Shown one piece after another: positions 27,912 to 38,683 of a stretch of 64,000 nucleotides of DNA. The DNA lies in assembly GCF_018374135.1 (NCBI RefSeq), contig NZ_JAHAFS010000009.1:12193-76192 (forward strand), written 5' to 3'. This stretch comes from Campylobacter gracilis. GTDB lineage: Bacteria; Campylobacterota; Campylobacteria; Campylobacterales; Campylobacteraceae. The notes beneath the pieces were generated by a model. It made no database searches, had not been told where the DNA came from, and saw only the letters and a program-made list of their open reading frames with translations. Position 1 is the stretch's first letter; the number at the start of each line of letters is the position of its first letter. Both the position numbers and the translations under genes were made by a program.

Positions 27912-29840
27912 TTACTGCTCTAAAAGCTCTTTGGCCTGCTTTGCGATCGCGACGTCGGTGAAGCCGAAAAGCTTAAATAGCTCGCTCGCGTTGCCGCTCT
28001 CGCCGAAGCTTCGCATGCCGTGTACCGCGTCTGCAAATTTATACCACTCAAGCGCGCTTGCGGCTTCGACGGCTAAAATTTTAGTTTGCGCCTGCAGGAT
28101 TTGCGCCAGATAATCAGCGTTCTGTTCGCACAAAAGCTCGAAGCACGGCGCGCTGACGACGTTTGCGCCGATGCCTTGCTCTTGCAATATCGCCGCCGCT
28201 TTTAGGCAGAGCGAGACTTCGCTGCCGCTTGCGATGAGCGTGATTTGCGCCTCTTTGCTCTGCCTTAGCAGATACGCGCCGTTTTGCACGTCGCCCAAAA
28301 CCGCCTTAGGTAGCGGCTCAAGTCCCTGACGCGAGCAGACGAACGCCGCAGGGGCATTCAGAGCAAGCGCCGTGCGCCAGCATTTTACGTTTTCGTTGCC
28401 GTCTGCGGGGCGGAAAGTGTAGAAGTCTGGCATTGCGCGGAAGGTGCTAAGCTGCTCGATAGGCTCGTGTGTAGGTCCATCCTCGCCTACGCCGATGCTG
28501 TCGTGCGTGAAGACGAAATAGTGGCGCAAACCCATTAGCGCCGCAAGTCTAGTGCCCGTTTTGAGATAGTCGCTGAAGATAAAAAACGTCGCGCTAAACG
28601 GGATGAAAAGCCCGTATCTCGCAAAGGCGTTGCCGATCGCCGCCATCGCGTGCTCGCGGATGCCGAAGTGTAAATTTTTGCCGCACGGAAAGTCGCCGCC
28701 GCCTTTTAGCTCGGTCTTATTCGACGCCGCCAAATCGGCGCTTCCGCCCAAAAAGCCGGGCACTGCGTTTGCGATGGCGTTTAAAATTTTACCGTTGCTA
28801 TCGCGCGTGGCGACCTTAAGCCCGCTAAAATCGGGAAATTCTATCTTGCTAAAATCGGGATTTAAAAGCTCGTTTAGAAGCGCTTTTTTTTCATCGCTTA
28901 GCTTCGCAAGCTTCTCCTTCCAAAGCCGCTCTTCTAAATCACCCCTCTCAACCGCGGCGCGCGTTTCAAAAAGCACGTCCTCGCTTACGACGAAGCTTTG
29001 AGCGGGATCAAAGCCCAGACTTTGCTTGGCGCGTGCAAGCAGCTCCTCTCCAAGCGGAGCGCCGTGCGTCTTGGCTGTGCTCTCAAGCTCGAGCGCGCCC
29101 TTACCGATCGTGGTATTTGCGATGATGAGGTAGGGTTTGGTTTTGTTTTTGACCTCGTCAAGGACGAATTCTATCTGATCGAAATTATGCCCGTCGATGC
29201 GCGCGACCTCAAAGCCCTGCGCTTCAAATCGCACCTTCACGTCCTCAAACCAGGCGATATCGGTGCTGCCGTCGATCGTGATGCCATTAGAATCATAGAT
29301 TATCGTGAGATTATCGAGGTTGTGTCTGCCTGCAAGCGCGCACGCTTCGTAGCTGATGCCCTCCTGTAGATCGCCGTCGCCGCAGAAGCAATAGACTCGG
29401 TGATCGATGATCTCGTTTCCTTCCTCGTTTAGCAGATGCGCGGCGTATTTCGCGGCCATCGCAAATCCGACTGCGTTTGCGACGCCCTGTCCGAGCGGCC
29501 CGGTAGCGATCTCGACGCCTGGGGTAGTGATCTCCGGGTGGCCCGGGGTTTTGGAGTGCAGGCGCCTGAAGCTTTTCAGATCGTCCATGCTCAAATCATA
29601 TCCGCTAAGATAGAGGTAGCTATACACGAGCGCGCTTGCGTGTCCGCCCGAGAATACGACGCGGTCGCGGTTCAGCCACGCGGGATTTTTGGGGTTGTGG
29701 CAGACCTTGCTCATAAAGACGCTCATTACGTCGCTTAGCCCCATCGGCGTGCCGGGATGGCCTGAGTTAGCGCTTTGGATCATATCCGCGCTTAGAAATT
29801 TGATCGTGTTTGAAATTTTACTTAGCTGCTCGCTCGACAT
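27912..29840 (-). CDS. tkt: Transketolase
   Basis: 642 aa. SGHPGTPMGL is the TPP-binding N-terminus, and GDGDLQEG is also present. Confidence 0.96.
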   Translation of the reverse strand: MSSEQLSKISNTIKFLSADMIQSANSGHPGTPMGLSDVMSVFMSKVCHNPKNPAWLNRDRVVFSGGHASALVYSYLYLSGYDLSMDDLKSFRRLHSKTPGHPEITTPGVEIATGPLGQGVANAVGFAMAAKYAAHLLNEEGNEIIDHRVYCFCGDGDLQEGISYEACALAGRHNLDNLTIIYDSNGITIDGSTDIAWFEDVKVRFEAQGFEVARIDGHNFDQIEFVLDEVKNKTKPYLIIANTTIGKGALELESTAKTHGAPLGEELLARAKQSLGFDPAQSFVVSEDVLFETRAAVERGDLEERLWKEKLAKLSDEKKALLNELLNPDFSKIEFPDFSGLKVATRDSNGKILNAIANAVPGFLGGSADLAASNKTELKGGGDFPCGKNLHFGIREHAMAAIGNAFARYGLFIPFSATFFIFSDYLKTGTRLAALMGLRHYFVFTHDSIGVGEDGPTHEPIEQLSTFRAMPDFYTFRPADGNENVKCWRTALALNAPAAFVCSRQGLEPLPKAVLGDVQNGAYLLRQSKEAQITLIASGSEVSLCLKAAAILQEQGIGANVVSAPCFELLCEQNADYLAQILQAQTKILAVEAASALEWYKFADAVHGMRSFGESGNASELFKLFGFTDVAIAKQAKELLEQ

Positions 29841-29843
29841 TTT

Positions 29844-30695
29844 TCATCCTTTCAGGTATTTTTCTATCAAATTTAAAACCAAATCGCGCAGGCTTTCGTC
29901 ATAGCCCGCCATCGCGCCGCTTACCTCGTCTATTAGGCGCTGCTTGTAGCTCCTCGCGCCCGCAAGACCTAGTAAATTTACAAAGGAATTTTTCGCGCCG
30001 TCCGCCCCTACGGGTTTGCCTGCGCTTGCCTCGTCACTCGTGGCGTCGATGATATCATCCTCGATCTGAAATATGAGACCTAGCTTCAGTCCGATTTTAT
30101 AAAGCTCATGCGCAAGCTCGTCCTTTAACCCGCCGATTATGGCGCCTAGCTCAAACGCCGCTGCGATGAGCGCGCCCGTTTTATGCAGATGCAAAAACTC
30201 AAGTTCGTTTTGCTTTAACGGGCTGTTTTCAAAACGGCAATCGATCGCCTGACCGAGCACCATGCCGCCGCTGCCTGCATTTCGCGCTAGAGTTTTAATG
30301 CATTTTATCTTGATTTCGTCGCTTAGGTTCGCGCTCGCGGCGATCAAAAACGCGTCGGTATTTAGCGCGTCGCCCACCAAAATCGCCGTGACCTCGTCGT
30401 ATTTTTTATGCAGGCTCGGCCGTCCGCGGCGCAGATCCGCATCGTCCATCGCGGGCAGATCATCGTGTATGAGCGAGTAGGTGTGGATCATCTCAAGCGC
30501 CATCGCGATCGCCAGCGCGCCCTCAAAGCGCCGCTCATCCACCGCCGAGACGACGCCTAGTAGCAGCTGCGCGCGAAAGTGCTTACCGCCCGCTTGCAGC
30601 ATGTAATTGAGCGCCTCCTCGAAGTACGGATGAAAGCTCGGCGCCTTCAGCTCGTTGCGCTTCAAGTAATCTTTAAATTTTTCTAAAATATCCAT
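29844..30695 (-). CDS. ispA: Farnesyl diphosphate synthase (geranyltranstransferase)
   Basis: Two aspartate-rich motifs are present, LIHDDLPAMDDADLRRG and FQIEDDIID. The start is taken at the internal Met (MDILEKFKDY). The upstream 91 codons of the ORF-track model look non-coding. The start coordinate is approximate to about 1 nt. Confidence 0.88.
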   Translation of the reverse strand: MDILEKFKDYLKRNELKAPSFHPYFEEALNYMLQAGGKHFRAQLLLGVVSAVDERRFEGALAIAMALEMIHTYSLIHDDLPAMDDADLRRGRPSLHKKYDEVTAILVGDALNTDAFLIAASANLSDEIKIKCIKTLARNAGSGGMVLGQAIDCRFENSPLKQNELEFLHLHKTGALIAAAFELGAIIGGLKDELAHELYKIGLKLGLIFQIEDDIIDATSDEASAGKPVGADGAKNSFVNLLGLAGARSYKQRLIDEVSGAMAGYDESLRDLVLNLIEKYLKG

Positions 30696-31282
30696 CGATC
30701 CTACCTTGCGGTTTTGATTTGCTCTGCTTGGGCGCGCCCTTGACGAATGCAAATTCGCGCCCTTCAAATGCCTTTTTGTCGCGCAGCTTAGACTTTGTTG
30801 TCGTGAGCCGTTTGTACGCCGCGTAAAAGCAATCATGCCGCTTAAAATTTTAAATTTTAATTCCCTAGCTTTACGCAGTGCGTGCGGCGAAGGATGCTCC
30901 GCTTTTTTGAGCCGCATCTTAGCTAGATTTGCTCGCGGATGTCGCGCAATGGCTCGCCTGCTTTGCATTTAAGCCGTGCGGGCTAAATTTTACTTTGCGC
31001 CGCAGCGTAGCAGCTCGCCGAAATTTTAGAATTTGCCCTCGCGCCGCCCGTAAAATTTGACCGATTTGCTAAGGTTAAAATTTAATAACCTCGCGTCAAA
31101 TCAAGCGAACTGTGCTTTATGCAAACCCTATCGCCACAGAATCTGAATTTAACGCCGCCTTATAAAATCGGGCTTTATTTAGTTCGCTACAGAAGCCGCT
31201 CGCCCCGTAAAATCCAAACCGTTCGCTAAGCAAAGCAGTCATCCTCTCTAAAAAGCCTGCTTTCAACGATTTTGAACTGCGC

Positions 31283-31612
31283 TTAACCCTTATCGCCGAG
31301 CAGATCGCCTAGGCCGCCGAGCCCTCCTAGCATGGACGCTGCGGCGCCTTTCTTTTCATTTTCGACGAGTTTTATCGCGTCGCCTATCGCCGAAATTAGC
31401 AGTATCTGCAAGCTCTCTTTGTCGTTAAAGAGGCTGTCGTCGATGCTTAGATCAAGCACCTCGCCCGCACCGTTTAGCTTGATGGCGACCATGCCCGCGC
31501 CAGATTTTACGGTAAATTCCTTGCGCGCATTCTCCTCCTCGATCTGCTTAGCCTTGGCCCGCATCTGATCGAGCATCTGCCCCATTTTCGAAAAATCCAT
31601 TCCTTCGAACAT
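31283..31612 (-). CDS. ybaB: Nucleoid-associated protein YbaB/EbfC
   Basis: 109 aa with FTVKSGAGMVAIKLNGAGEVLDLSID and a glycine-rich C-terminus typical of YbaB. Confidence 0.88.
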   Translation of the reverse strand: MFEGMDFSKMGQMLDQMRAKAKQIEEENARKEFTVKSGAGMVAIKLNGAGEVLDLSIDDSLFNDKESLQILLISAIGDAIKLVENEKKGAAASMLGGLGGLGDLLGDKG

Positions 31613-31614
31613 TT

Positions 31615-31962
31615 TTACTCCGTTATTTGGTTTTTTTCGTTTACCTGCACGATTTTTGGTTCAAAATTTTTCGATTTTTTGGCACTCATCTGCGCGTAAG
31701 CTACGATGATGACGATGTCGCCGACGCAGACTTTGCGCGCGGCTGCGCCGTTTAGGCAGATCTCGCCCTTTTTCTCGCCGCGAATCACGTATGTGGCGAA
31801 GCGCTCGCCGTTATTGACGTTTAGGATCTCGACTTTTTGGTACTCGCAAAGCCCTGCAGCCTCGATGAGCTCGGGTCCGATAGTGACCGAGCCTACGTAG
31901 TTGAGGTTGGCGTCCGTCACGCGCGCGCGGTGGATTTTGCTTGATAAAATTTCGATTTTCAT
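31615..31962 (-). CDS. panD: Aspartate 1-decarboxylase
   Basis: The N-terminus [28 protein letters not shown] matches PanD; the pro-enzyme Gly-Ser cleavage site falls within YVGSVTI. Confidence 0.95.
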   Translation of the reverse strand: MKIEILSSKIHRARVTDANLNYVGSVTIGPELIEAAGLCEYQKVEILNVNNGERFATYVIRGEKKGEICLNGAAARKVCVGDIVIIVAYAQMSAKKSKNFEPKIVQVNEKNQITE

Positions 31963-31979
31963 CGGCCGTCCTTTAAAAT

Positions 31980-33290
31980 TTAGTCTAAATTTGACTCGCC
32001 TCGCGCCGCGACGAGCTCGCTCACGACCTGCTTATCGCTGAAGGGGTGCTTCACACCCTTGAGCTCCTGGTAAGTTTCGTCGCCCTTGCCCAAAATAGCG
32101 ATCATCTCGCCGTTTTTGGCAAGATCTAGCGCGCGCGCGATAGCCTCTTTGCGATCCGCGATCTTTAAAATTTTATCTTTTCGGCGCATACCGGCGCAAA
32201 TTTGTTCGATGATCTCGTCTGGATCCTCGCTGCGCGGGTTATCGCTCGTAACGATACAGATTTTAGCAAAGTGCTCCGCGATGGCGCCCATTTTCGGACG
32301 CTTGCCGTGGTCGCGATCGCCGCCCGCGCCGAAAACCGCGATAATCTCGCCGCTTGCGCGTAGCGCGTTTAGCACCTTTTCGATGCCGTCCGGGGTATGA
32401 GCGAAATCGACGATTACAAGCGGGTTTTTATTTACGATCTGCACGCGACCCTCGACGCCGCCGAAGTTTGCCATAGCTTTTGCGATCTCCTCGTTCGGCA
32501 GCTTGGTTAGAATTTTAACCGCCGCAAACGCCGCGGTAAGGTTGTAGAGATTAAACTCGCCGATAAGATCGCTTTGAAGCTGCGCATTATCGCCGTTTGG
32601 AGTACGCACGAGCGCGTCGATGCCGCCCTTTAGCCCGTATCCGCTCACGGCGAAGCTTGCGGCGTTTTTGATACCGTAGGTAAGGGCGTTTGCGGGGTTA
32701 AATTTAATATGTCCGTCGTCGGCATTTATGAGCTTTGGCGCGTCGTCTGCGAAAAACGAGCTCTTGACCGCGGCGTATTCTTGCATGCTGCCGTGATAAT
32801 CGAGATGATCTTGACTTAAATTCGTAAAAATTTTAAGCGCAAAATTTAGCCCTTCGATGCGATTTTGCGCGATTGCGTGCGAGCTAACCTCCATGACGAA
32901 ATACTCGCAGCCCTGCTTGCTGGCTTCGTAAAGATAGCTCATCGTCTTAAAAACCGAGCTCGTCGTAAGCCCCTTTTCGTCAATCCTGTGCTCGTTTATA
33001 AAGGCGCCGCGCGTGCCGCTTAGACCGCAGCTAAAGCCCAGATCCAGCAGCGTCGAATAGATCGCCGCCGCGGTCGTCGTTTTGCCGTTCGTGCCCGTAA
33101 TGCCTACGATTTTGATGCGCGGATCAATCTTTAAAAGCTCCTTTGCTTGTGCGATAGAGATGATCTGCGCACCTTTTTGCGCCGCTTCAGCTTGAAATTT
33201 AGCGTTCGCGCTCGTGCGCATAAAAAAGTAGCCCGCCTCGCATTCGGCGGAGTTGTCGGTGATAAAGCTATTTTCGAGTCGTATTTTCAT
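31980..33290 (-). CDS. murE: UDP-N-acetylmuramoyl-L-alanyl-D-glutamate--2,6-diaminopimelate ligase
   Basis: [11 protein letters not shown] is the Mur ligase P-loop. DNPR is the meso-DAP-specific MurE motif. Length is 436 aa. Confidence 0.92.
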   Translation of the reverse strand: MKIRLENSFITDNSAECEAGYFFMRTSANAKFQAEAAQKGAQIISIAQAKELLKIDPRIKIVGITGTNGKTTTAAAIYSTLLDLGFSCGLSGTRGAFINEHRIDEKGLTTSSVFKTMSYLYEASKQGCEYFVMEVSSHAIAQNRIEGLNFALKIFTNLSQDHLDYHGSMQEYAAVKSSFFADDAPKLINADDGHIKFNPANALTYGIKNAASFAVSGYGLKGGIDALVRTPNGDNAQLQSDLIGEFNLYNLTAAFAAVKILTKLPNEEIAKAMANFGGVEGRVQIVNKNPLVIVDFAHTPDGIEKVLNALRASGEIIAVFGAGGDRDHGKRPKMGAIAEHFAKICIVTSDNPRSEDPDEIIEQICAGMRRKDKILKIADRKEAIARALDLAKNGEMIAILGKGDETYQELKGVKHPFSDKQVVSELVAARGESNLD

Positions 33291-33825
33291 GATTTTTGAT
33301 TTTTTGCATCAGCGCTTCAAAGCGTTCATCGCCTGCATACGCGGCAGCCGAGCTCTCGACGTAATTAAGCCCCATTTCGTAGTAGCCGTTTTCTATCAAA
33401 TTTTCTAAAAATTCTATCATCTCGGTTTTATCCGAAATGGCGATTTTGGATGAAAAAATGATCGATTCGAAGGCGTCTTTAAAGCCTCTTTGGCCTACCG
33501 CGCGCATAAAATCGGCATAAGCAATGACTGCAATCTCATCCTCGGCGCCGGGTTCGGAGGCCGCTTCGTTCGCGATCTTTTCGTTGATGGAGTTTAAAAT
33601 TTTAAAAAGCTCCGCGGTTTGAGTTTTGGGGCTGAGGTTGTAAAAATCAAAGAGCATAAGCGCCTCTTCGCGGTCTGCCAGCGCGGTCTGGCAAAGTTCT
33701 AGCAAAAATAGAATTTCTTCCTCGCCGCTTTTTTCGTATGCGAGCGAAAAATATAGCTTAGCGAGCTCGAATTCTCCGCGCGAAAAGGCCTTTAGCCCTA
33801 GTTTTTTATAGTTCAAACTCTTCAC
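33268..33825 (-). CDS. Hypothetical protein, helical/TPR-like, conserved between nfu and murE in Campylobacter-type genomes
   Basis: This is only an ORF with a helical repeat character. It overlaps murE by 23 nt. Confidence 0.5.
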   Translation of the reverse strand: MKSLNYKKLGLKAFSRGEFELAKLYFSLAYEKSGEEEILFLLELCQTALADREEALMLFDFYNLSPKTQTAELFKILNSINEKIANEAASEPGAEDEIAVIAYADFMRAVGQRGFKDAFESIIFSSKIAISDKTEMIEFLENLIENGYYEMGLNYVESSAAAYAGDERFEALMQKIKNHENTTRK

Positions 33826-34072
33826 CTTCGGGGATGTTTACGACGCTAAGCTCTGGATGGATATCCATGCGAAGCTGGCGCTCGACGCCGTATTTTAGGG
33901 TCTGCGCACTTGCGGCGCAGCCGTGGCAATGCCCGGTAAGGCGGACATAGACGACGCCGTTTTTTATGCCTAAAAGCTGTATATCGCCGCCGTCGTTTTG
34001 CAGCATCGGTCGGATTAGCTCTAAGCTATCTTGTACCGGGGCTAGAAGCTCTTCATCTGTAAATGGTATCAT
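33806..34072 (-). CDS. nfu: NifU-like (Nfu) Fe-S cluster scaffold protein
   Basis: 88 aa. The CxxC motif sits in GHCHGCAAS, and the DGGDIQLLGIKNGVVYVRL block is also present. Confidence 0.88.
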   Translation of the reverse strand: MIPFTDEELLAPVQDSLELIRPMLQNDGGDIQLLGIKNGVVYVRLTGHCHGCAASAQTLKYGVERQLRMDIHPELSVVNIPEGEEFEL

Positions 34073-34583
34073 TAAAATTCCTTGTTTTTATTTTGGCGAA
34101 TTATATCCAAAAGCGATAAAAAAAGGCTTATCGGGGATGAAATTTAATCTTAAATTTTGCGCGAGGACGCCGATTTTGTGCCATAGATCGCAAAGAATTT
34201 TATACGGCGCGGGCGGCCGGAACTATGATTTTAAAATTTTATCGATTCAGCAAGGACGAAACTCGCAAATCATCAGGCTTGCATATATTTAAATTTAGAC
34301 TATTTGCGCTATAAATTTGGGATGAAATTTCAACCCAGCTGACGGCTAAATTCGGGATGAATTTTGCTTGAGCGGTAGGTAAAATTTAAGGCGGAACTAT
34401 CTAAATTTAATTAGGACAAGCGCCGATACGATTAAATTTTTTAGAAAAACAATCCTGCTTTTAATGTAAATTTTGCGACTACAAAAGCCCGGGCGGCGAA
34501 TATTGTTTTGAAGCTCGCAGATGAAATTTACGCTACGTTTTATATCGATCGCGGCTGTGAAATTTTAGCGCAGGCACGTGCAA

Positions 34584-35144
34584 TCACGGCAAAATTTCTA
34601 TCGGCGTGCCGATTTTTACATGCTTAAAAAGCTCGTCCATATCGTCATTGACGAGTGCTATGCAGCCCTCCGTCCAGTCGCCGAACGCCGCGATACTCTG
34701 CCCTAGGTAGCTAAATTTATTCGGTAGCCCGTGGATTTTGATATCGCCGCCTGCGCTCTTGCCGAGGGATTTTGCGTGGGCTACGTCGGCTTTGTTCGGA
34801 TAGGAGATGCCTAAATTTAGATGATACGCCGAGTTTGGATTTTTGCCGTTTATGGTGTAGTTGCCCTCCGGGGTTTTGCCGTCGCCTTGAACCTCTTTAT
34901 GTCCTTCAGGCTCGCGTCCGAGGGCGATTTTGTAGCTTTTCGCGACGCCTTTTGAGGTCAAAATTTCAAGAATTCGTTTGGATTTATAGACGCGGATTTT
35001 AGAGATTTGCTCGCCGTCCAATGCCTGCTTTAGCGGAATTTCAGAGTTGATCGTTTCGATATTTTTATAGCTAAGATAATTGTCCAATGCCCACGCCAAG
35101 CCCGCAGCGACGATAACAAGCGGAAGTAAAATTTTAAATTTCAT
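34584..35144 (-). CDS. L,D-transpeptidase (YkuD-fold), periplasmic
   Basis: It has a signal peptide. HGLPN and TEGCIALVNDDMDELF form the catalytic His/Cys pair of the YkuD domain. Confidence 0.85.
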   Translation of the reverse strand: MKFKILLPLVIVAAGLAWALDNYLSYKNIETINSEIPLKQALDGEQISKIRVYKSKRILEILTSKGVAKSYKIALGREPEGHKEVQGDGKTPEGNYTINGKNPNSAYHLNLGISYPNKADVAHAKSLGKSAGGDIKIHGLPNKFSYLGQSIAAFGDWTEGCIALVNDDMDELFKHVKIGTPIEILP

Positions 35145-35174
35145 AGAAGAAATTTCGGGAGTGATCCCGAAATT

Positions 35175-35531
35175 TTATTTGCTGATTAGCTCGATATAAG
35201 CCATCTCAGCAGCGTCGCCCTTGCGAAGGCGAGTTTTGATGATGCGAGTGTAGCCGCCGTTTACGCCTGCGTATTTTGGAGCGATCTCGGTGACTAGCTT
35301 ATTTGTGGCAGCTTTATCCTGAAGCGCCGCGAAAACAAATCTATGCGCCTCACTGTCGCCCTTACGCGCGCGAGTGATCAGCTTCTCGGCGTAGCTTCTT
35401 AGCTCTTTTGCCTTAGGAAGCGTAGTTTCGATCTTGCCGCTAGTAACTAAAGCGATGGTTAAATTTTTAAGCAGGGCGGCACGGTGAGACGAAGTGCGCC
35501 CTAGCTTCCTATATCCGTGATTATGTCTCAT
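35175..35531 (-). CDS. rplQ: 50S ribosomal protein L17
   Basis: The N-terminus [17 protein letters not shown] is the L17 N-terminus. Confidence 0.96.
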   Translation of the reverse strand: MRHNHGYRKLGRTSSHRAALLKNLTIALVTSGKIETTLPKAKELRSYAEKLITRARKGDSEAHRFVFAALQDKAATNKLVTEIAPKYAGVNGGYTRIIKTRLRKGDAAEMAYIELISK

Positions 35532-36557
35532 TTATTGTCCTTCATTCTTTTGTCTTTGGGCCTTCAGCTCGTCAAGCTTGCGTTTTAGCTGCTCTTTTTT
35601 ATCGCCGAGCTCTTGGTTGCCGATAGGATAACCGATCTCCTCCATTACGGCTTTGATCTCCTCAAGCGATTTTTTGCCTAAATTTTTAAGGTCTTTAAGC
35701 TCGCTCTCCTCCATAATTGCTAGCTCACCGATAAATCTAATATCCGCGCGATCCAGGCAGTTAAAGCTTCGTGCGCTTAAGCTTAGATTGCTAACGCTCT
35801 CAAAAAGCTTTGCAAACTCGGAATTTGCGGGGATCGCTCTACCGAAAGTATCCGCAGCACTGATATTTACGATACCTTTGAAAACCGCCAGCTGCTGATA
35901 CATCGCTTCAAGCGCGTTTTTAAACGCATCTATCGCGCTGATCTGACCGTCGGTAGTGATCGTAAAGACTACTTTCTCGTAGTCGGGATTATCCTCTACA
36001 AAGACATTTTCGATGTCGTAAACAGCCTTAGTTACCGGGGTAAAAAACGCATCCAGCGCGATGAAATCAGCGTCTAAATTTTCTCTGATCTCTTCGCTTG
36101 GGACGTAGCCGATACCCTTTTCGATGATGAGCGTAAATTTAAGATCGGCATCCTCGTTTATCGTAGCTAGATAAGCGCTTGGATTTACGATCTCTACGGC
36201 GTCGTTATTTAGGTCGCTGCCGTAAATTTCTTTAGGTCCTTTAAAGCTGTATTCTACGATCTCGCGCAGGGAATCGCCCTTGATTTTAAATCTTAAGCCC
36301 TTTAAATTTATGATAAAAGCCGCCATATCCTCGAGCATACCGCGCATGCTGTCGAATTCGTGGCTTACGCCTTCGATTTTAACCGCAGTCGGCGCGAAAC
36401 CGACCGTGCTCGTATAAAGTAACCTTCGTAAAGGATGAGCTAGAGTGACGGCATATCCCGTTTCAAAGGGATATGCTATGATTTTAGCAACATTTTCGCT
36501 GACATTCTCAACCTTTATTTCAGTTGGCATATGAGCTGATGTTGTGATTTTTCTCAT
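35532..36557 (-). CDS. rpoA: DNA-directed RNA polymerase alpha subunit
   Basis: 341 aa with an N-terminal domain followed by the C-terminal domain ([37 protein letters not shown]). Confidence 0.97.
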   Translation of the reverse strand: MRKITTSAHMPTEIKVENVSENVAKIIAYPFETGYAVTLAHPLRRLLYTSTVGFAPTAVKIEGVSHEFDSMRGMLEDMAAFIINLKGLRFKIKGDSLREIVEYSFKGPKEIYGSDLNNDAVEIVNPSAYLATINEDADLKFTLIIEKGIGYVPSEEIRENLDADFIALDAFFTPVTKAVYDIENVFVEDNPDYEKVVFTITTDGQISAIDAFKNALEAMYQQLAVFKGIVNISAADTFGRAIPANSEFAKLFESVSNLSLSARSFNCLDRADIRFIGELAIMEESELKDLKNLGKKSLEEIKAVMEEIGYPIGNQELGDKKEQLKRKLDELKAQRQKNEGQ

Positions 36558-36568
36558 ATTAGCACCTA

Positions 36569-37195
36569 CTATTTCGAGTAAAGCTCTACGATAAATCTTT
36601 CCTCTACAGGAATAACAACTTCTTCTCTCTCCGGAACTCTAGAAAAAATTCCGTATCTTTTCTCTTTTTCTACGTCTACCCACGCTACGATGCCGGTTTG
36701 TGCCGTAAGATCCAGCGCTCTTGAAATTTGCGGGTTATTTTTGCTTTTTTCGATCACTTCGATCTTTTGTCCTGCGCGGACGGAGTACGAAGGGATATCG
36801 ACGCGCTTGCCGTCTACTAAGATATGTCCGTGCGTAACGAGCTGGCGCGCAAATCGTCTAGTCGTAGCAAAGCCCATGCGGTAAACTACGTTATCTAGCC
36901 TCTGCTCTAAAAGCTGAACCAAAATCGCTCCGGTGTTACCCTCTCTGCGAGCCGCTTCGGCAAATAGCCTGCGGAACTGCTTCTCGCTTACGCCGTACAT
37001 AAATTTAGCCTTTTGTTTCTCGCGAAGCTGTGAGCCGTATTCGCTTAGTTTGGCGCGTCTTTGTCCGTGCTGACCCGGAGCGTAAGGGCGTTTTAAAAGC
37101 GCGCTCTTGCCCGCAAGCCTTCTCTCGCCTTTCATAAATAGATCGACGCCGAGCCTTCTTTCTAATTTTTCAACCGGTCCTGTATATCTAGCCAT
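36569..37195 (-). CDS. rpsD: 30S ribosomal protein S4
   Basis: The N-terminus [16 protein letters not shown] is the S4 N-terminus. Confidence 0.97.
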   Translation of the reverse strand: MARYTGPVEKLERRLGVDLFMKGERRLAGKSALLKRPYAPGQHGQRRAKLSEYGSQLREKQKAKFMYGVSEKQFRRLFAEAARREGNTGAILVQLLEQRLDNVVYRMGFATTRRFARQLVTHGHILVDGKRVDIPSYSVRAGQKIEVIEKSKNNPQISRALDLTAQTGIVAWVDVEKEKRYGIFSRVPEREEVVIPVEERFIVELYSK

Positions 37196-37213
37196 AAATT
37201 TCTCCTTTTATAA

Positions 37214-37606
37214 TTACACGCGACGTCGTTTAGGCGGTCTGCAACCGTTGTGCGCAAGAGGAGTGATATCTTTGAAATATGTAACTTTAATCCCTTCTAC
37301 GCTACCTACGCTTTTAACGGCGGTCTCGCGTCCGCTTCCCGGACCCTGAACCTTAACGCCTACCTCTTTAATGCCGTGTTCTTTGGCTTTGTTTAGCGCG
37401 TCCTCGACGGCTTGCTGCGCCGCATAAGGGGTGGATTTTTTGCTGCCTTTAAAATTTAAAGCGCCTGCACTGCTCCACGCGATCGCGTTACCCATCTCGT
37501 CCGTTACGGTTATCATAGTGTTGTTAAACGTAGCGGAGATGTAAACTATGCCTTTGGCGATATTTTTTCTGACGGTTTTTTTCTTAACTACTTTTTTTTG
37601 TGCCAT
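37214..37606 (-). CDS. rpsK: 30S ribosomal protein S11
   Basis: 130 aa, S11-like, with the C-terminus [12 protein letters not shown]. Confidence 0.96.
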   Translation of the reverse strand: MAQKKVVKKKTVRKNIAKGIVYISATFNNTMITVTDEMGNAIAWSSAGALNFKGSKKSTPYAAQQAVEDALNKAKEHGIKEVGVKVQGPGSGRETAVKSVGSVEGIKVTYFKDITPLAHNGCRPPKRRRV

Positions 37607-37616
37607 ATCTCAATCC

Positions 37617-37985
37617 TTATTTAGCTGCCGCGCCGACGGTTTTGCGTTTGCCTTTTCTGGTTCTGGCGTTCGTTTTTGTTTTTTGACCGCGAACCGGAAG
37701 GCCCTTTCTGTGTCTTAAGCCGCGATAGCCGCCCAAGTCCATAAGCGCTTTTATATCCATAGCCACTTGTTTGCGAAGATCGCCTTCGACCATATAGTGC
37801 TCCTGGATCTCTTTTCTGATAGCGGCGGCTTCGTCTTCGCTCAGATCGGCGACTCTTTTATCGTAAGAAATTCCTGCCGCATCGAGAATTTTTCTCGACG
37901 TAAATAAACCTATACCGTAGATATAAGTTAGTCCGTATTCAATCCTTTTTTTCTTTGGTAGATCTACACCTGCGATACGAGCCAT
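37617..37985 (-). CDS. rpsM: 30S ribosomal protein S13
   Basis: The N-terminus [26 protein letters not shown] is the S13 N-terminus. Confidence 0.97.
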   Translation of the reverse strand: MARIAGVDLPKKKRIEYGLTYIYGIGLFTSRKILDAAGISYDKRVADLSEDEAAAIRKEIQEHYMVEGDLRKQVAMDIKALMDLGGYRGLRHRKGLPVRGQKTKTNARTRKGKRKTVGAAAK

Positions 37986-37988
37986 AAC

Positions 37989-38102
37989 TTATCCTTGTCT
38001 TTGTTTATGTTTTGGATTTTCACAAATAACGTGAACAACACCTTTGCGCTTGACAATTTTGCATTTGTCGCACATTTTCTTAACGGATGGACGAACCTTC
38101 AT
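37989..38102 (-). CDS. rpmJ: 50S ribosomal protein L36
   Basis: I translated this by hand: [37 protein letters not shown], 37 aa with the CxxC...C..H zinc motif. It is not in the ORF track because it is shorter than 60 aa. Confidence 0.93.
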   Translation of the reverse strand: MKVRPSVKKMCDKCKIVKRKGVVHVICENPKHKQRQG

Positions 38103-38180
38103 TCCACTCTCCTAAAATTTTCTCCACTTTAAATGCAAACTGCACCTAGGTTTAATGAAATTTCAAAAGCGAAAGTATCA

Positions 38181-38209
38181 AACCAACTGTTTTCAAAATA
38201 GTGGGGATT
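38181..38209 (-). promoter_or_regulatory. Strong hairpin between infA and rpmJ (possible intra-operon terminator/attenuator)
   Basis: GTTTTCAAAAT-agtgggg-ATTTTGAAAAC is an 11-bp perfect inverted repeat. On the minus transcript it is followed by a moderately U-rich segment. Confidence 0.45.
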
Positions 38210-38274
38210 TTGAAAACACTTCTTCCTACAGTTTAGTCGCAAAATCGCGAGTATATCTAAATTTAACTTTATCC

Positions 38275-38493
38275 TTACTTATAGCGGTATGTTATCCTGC
38301 CTTTATCGAGGCTGTAAGGAGTCAGCTCGACTTTTACGCGATCGCCCGGCATTATCTTGATGTAGTGCATCCGCATCTTGCCCGCGATATGGCATAAAAT
38401 CACGTGTTTGTTGTCCAGCTCGACCTTAAAAGTCGCGTTCGGCAGCGCTTCTATGACGTTGCCGTCGATCTCTATGACGTCGTCTTTTGCCAC
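38275..38493 (-). CDS. infA: Translation initiation factor IF-1
   Basis: 72 aa: [60 protein letters not shown]. Confidence 0.97.
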   Translation of the reverse strand: MAKDDVIEIDGNVIEALPNATFKVELDNKHVILCHIAGKMRMHYIKIMPGDRVKVELTPYSLDKGRITYRYK

Positions 38494-38683
38494 AAATTCT
38501 CCTTTCTTTATAAATTTAAAAAGGGCGATTATATAGAATTTAAAATTTTAAACAGCTTAAAAGAAATTTAAAATAAGCAAAATTTCAGATTTATTTCGCT
38601 ACGCGCGCACTGTTTTTGCAAAAGTAAGACGGCGCTCTTTTTAAAATTTTAGTATAATGGCTCAAAAATTTTAAAGGAAAAAC

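Noticed and set aside
30696-30968. N-terminal 91-aa extension of the ispA ORF (MQSRRAIARHPR...)
   Set aside because: It is Arg-rich nonsense lying upstream of the conserved MDILEKF start, so the real gene begins at about 30695.
35152-35178. Inverted repeat AAATTTCGGGA...TCCCGAAATTT just downstream of rplQ, considered as the alpha-operon terminator
   Set aside because: It is a good 11-bp stem, but it is followed by no U-tract on the minus transcript. I have not listed it as a feature, though it may still act as a Rho-dependent or weak terminator.
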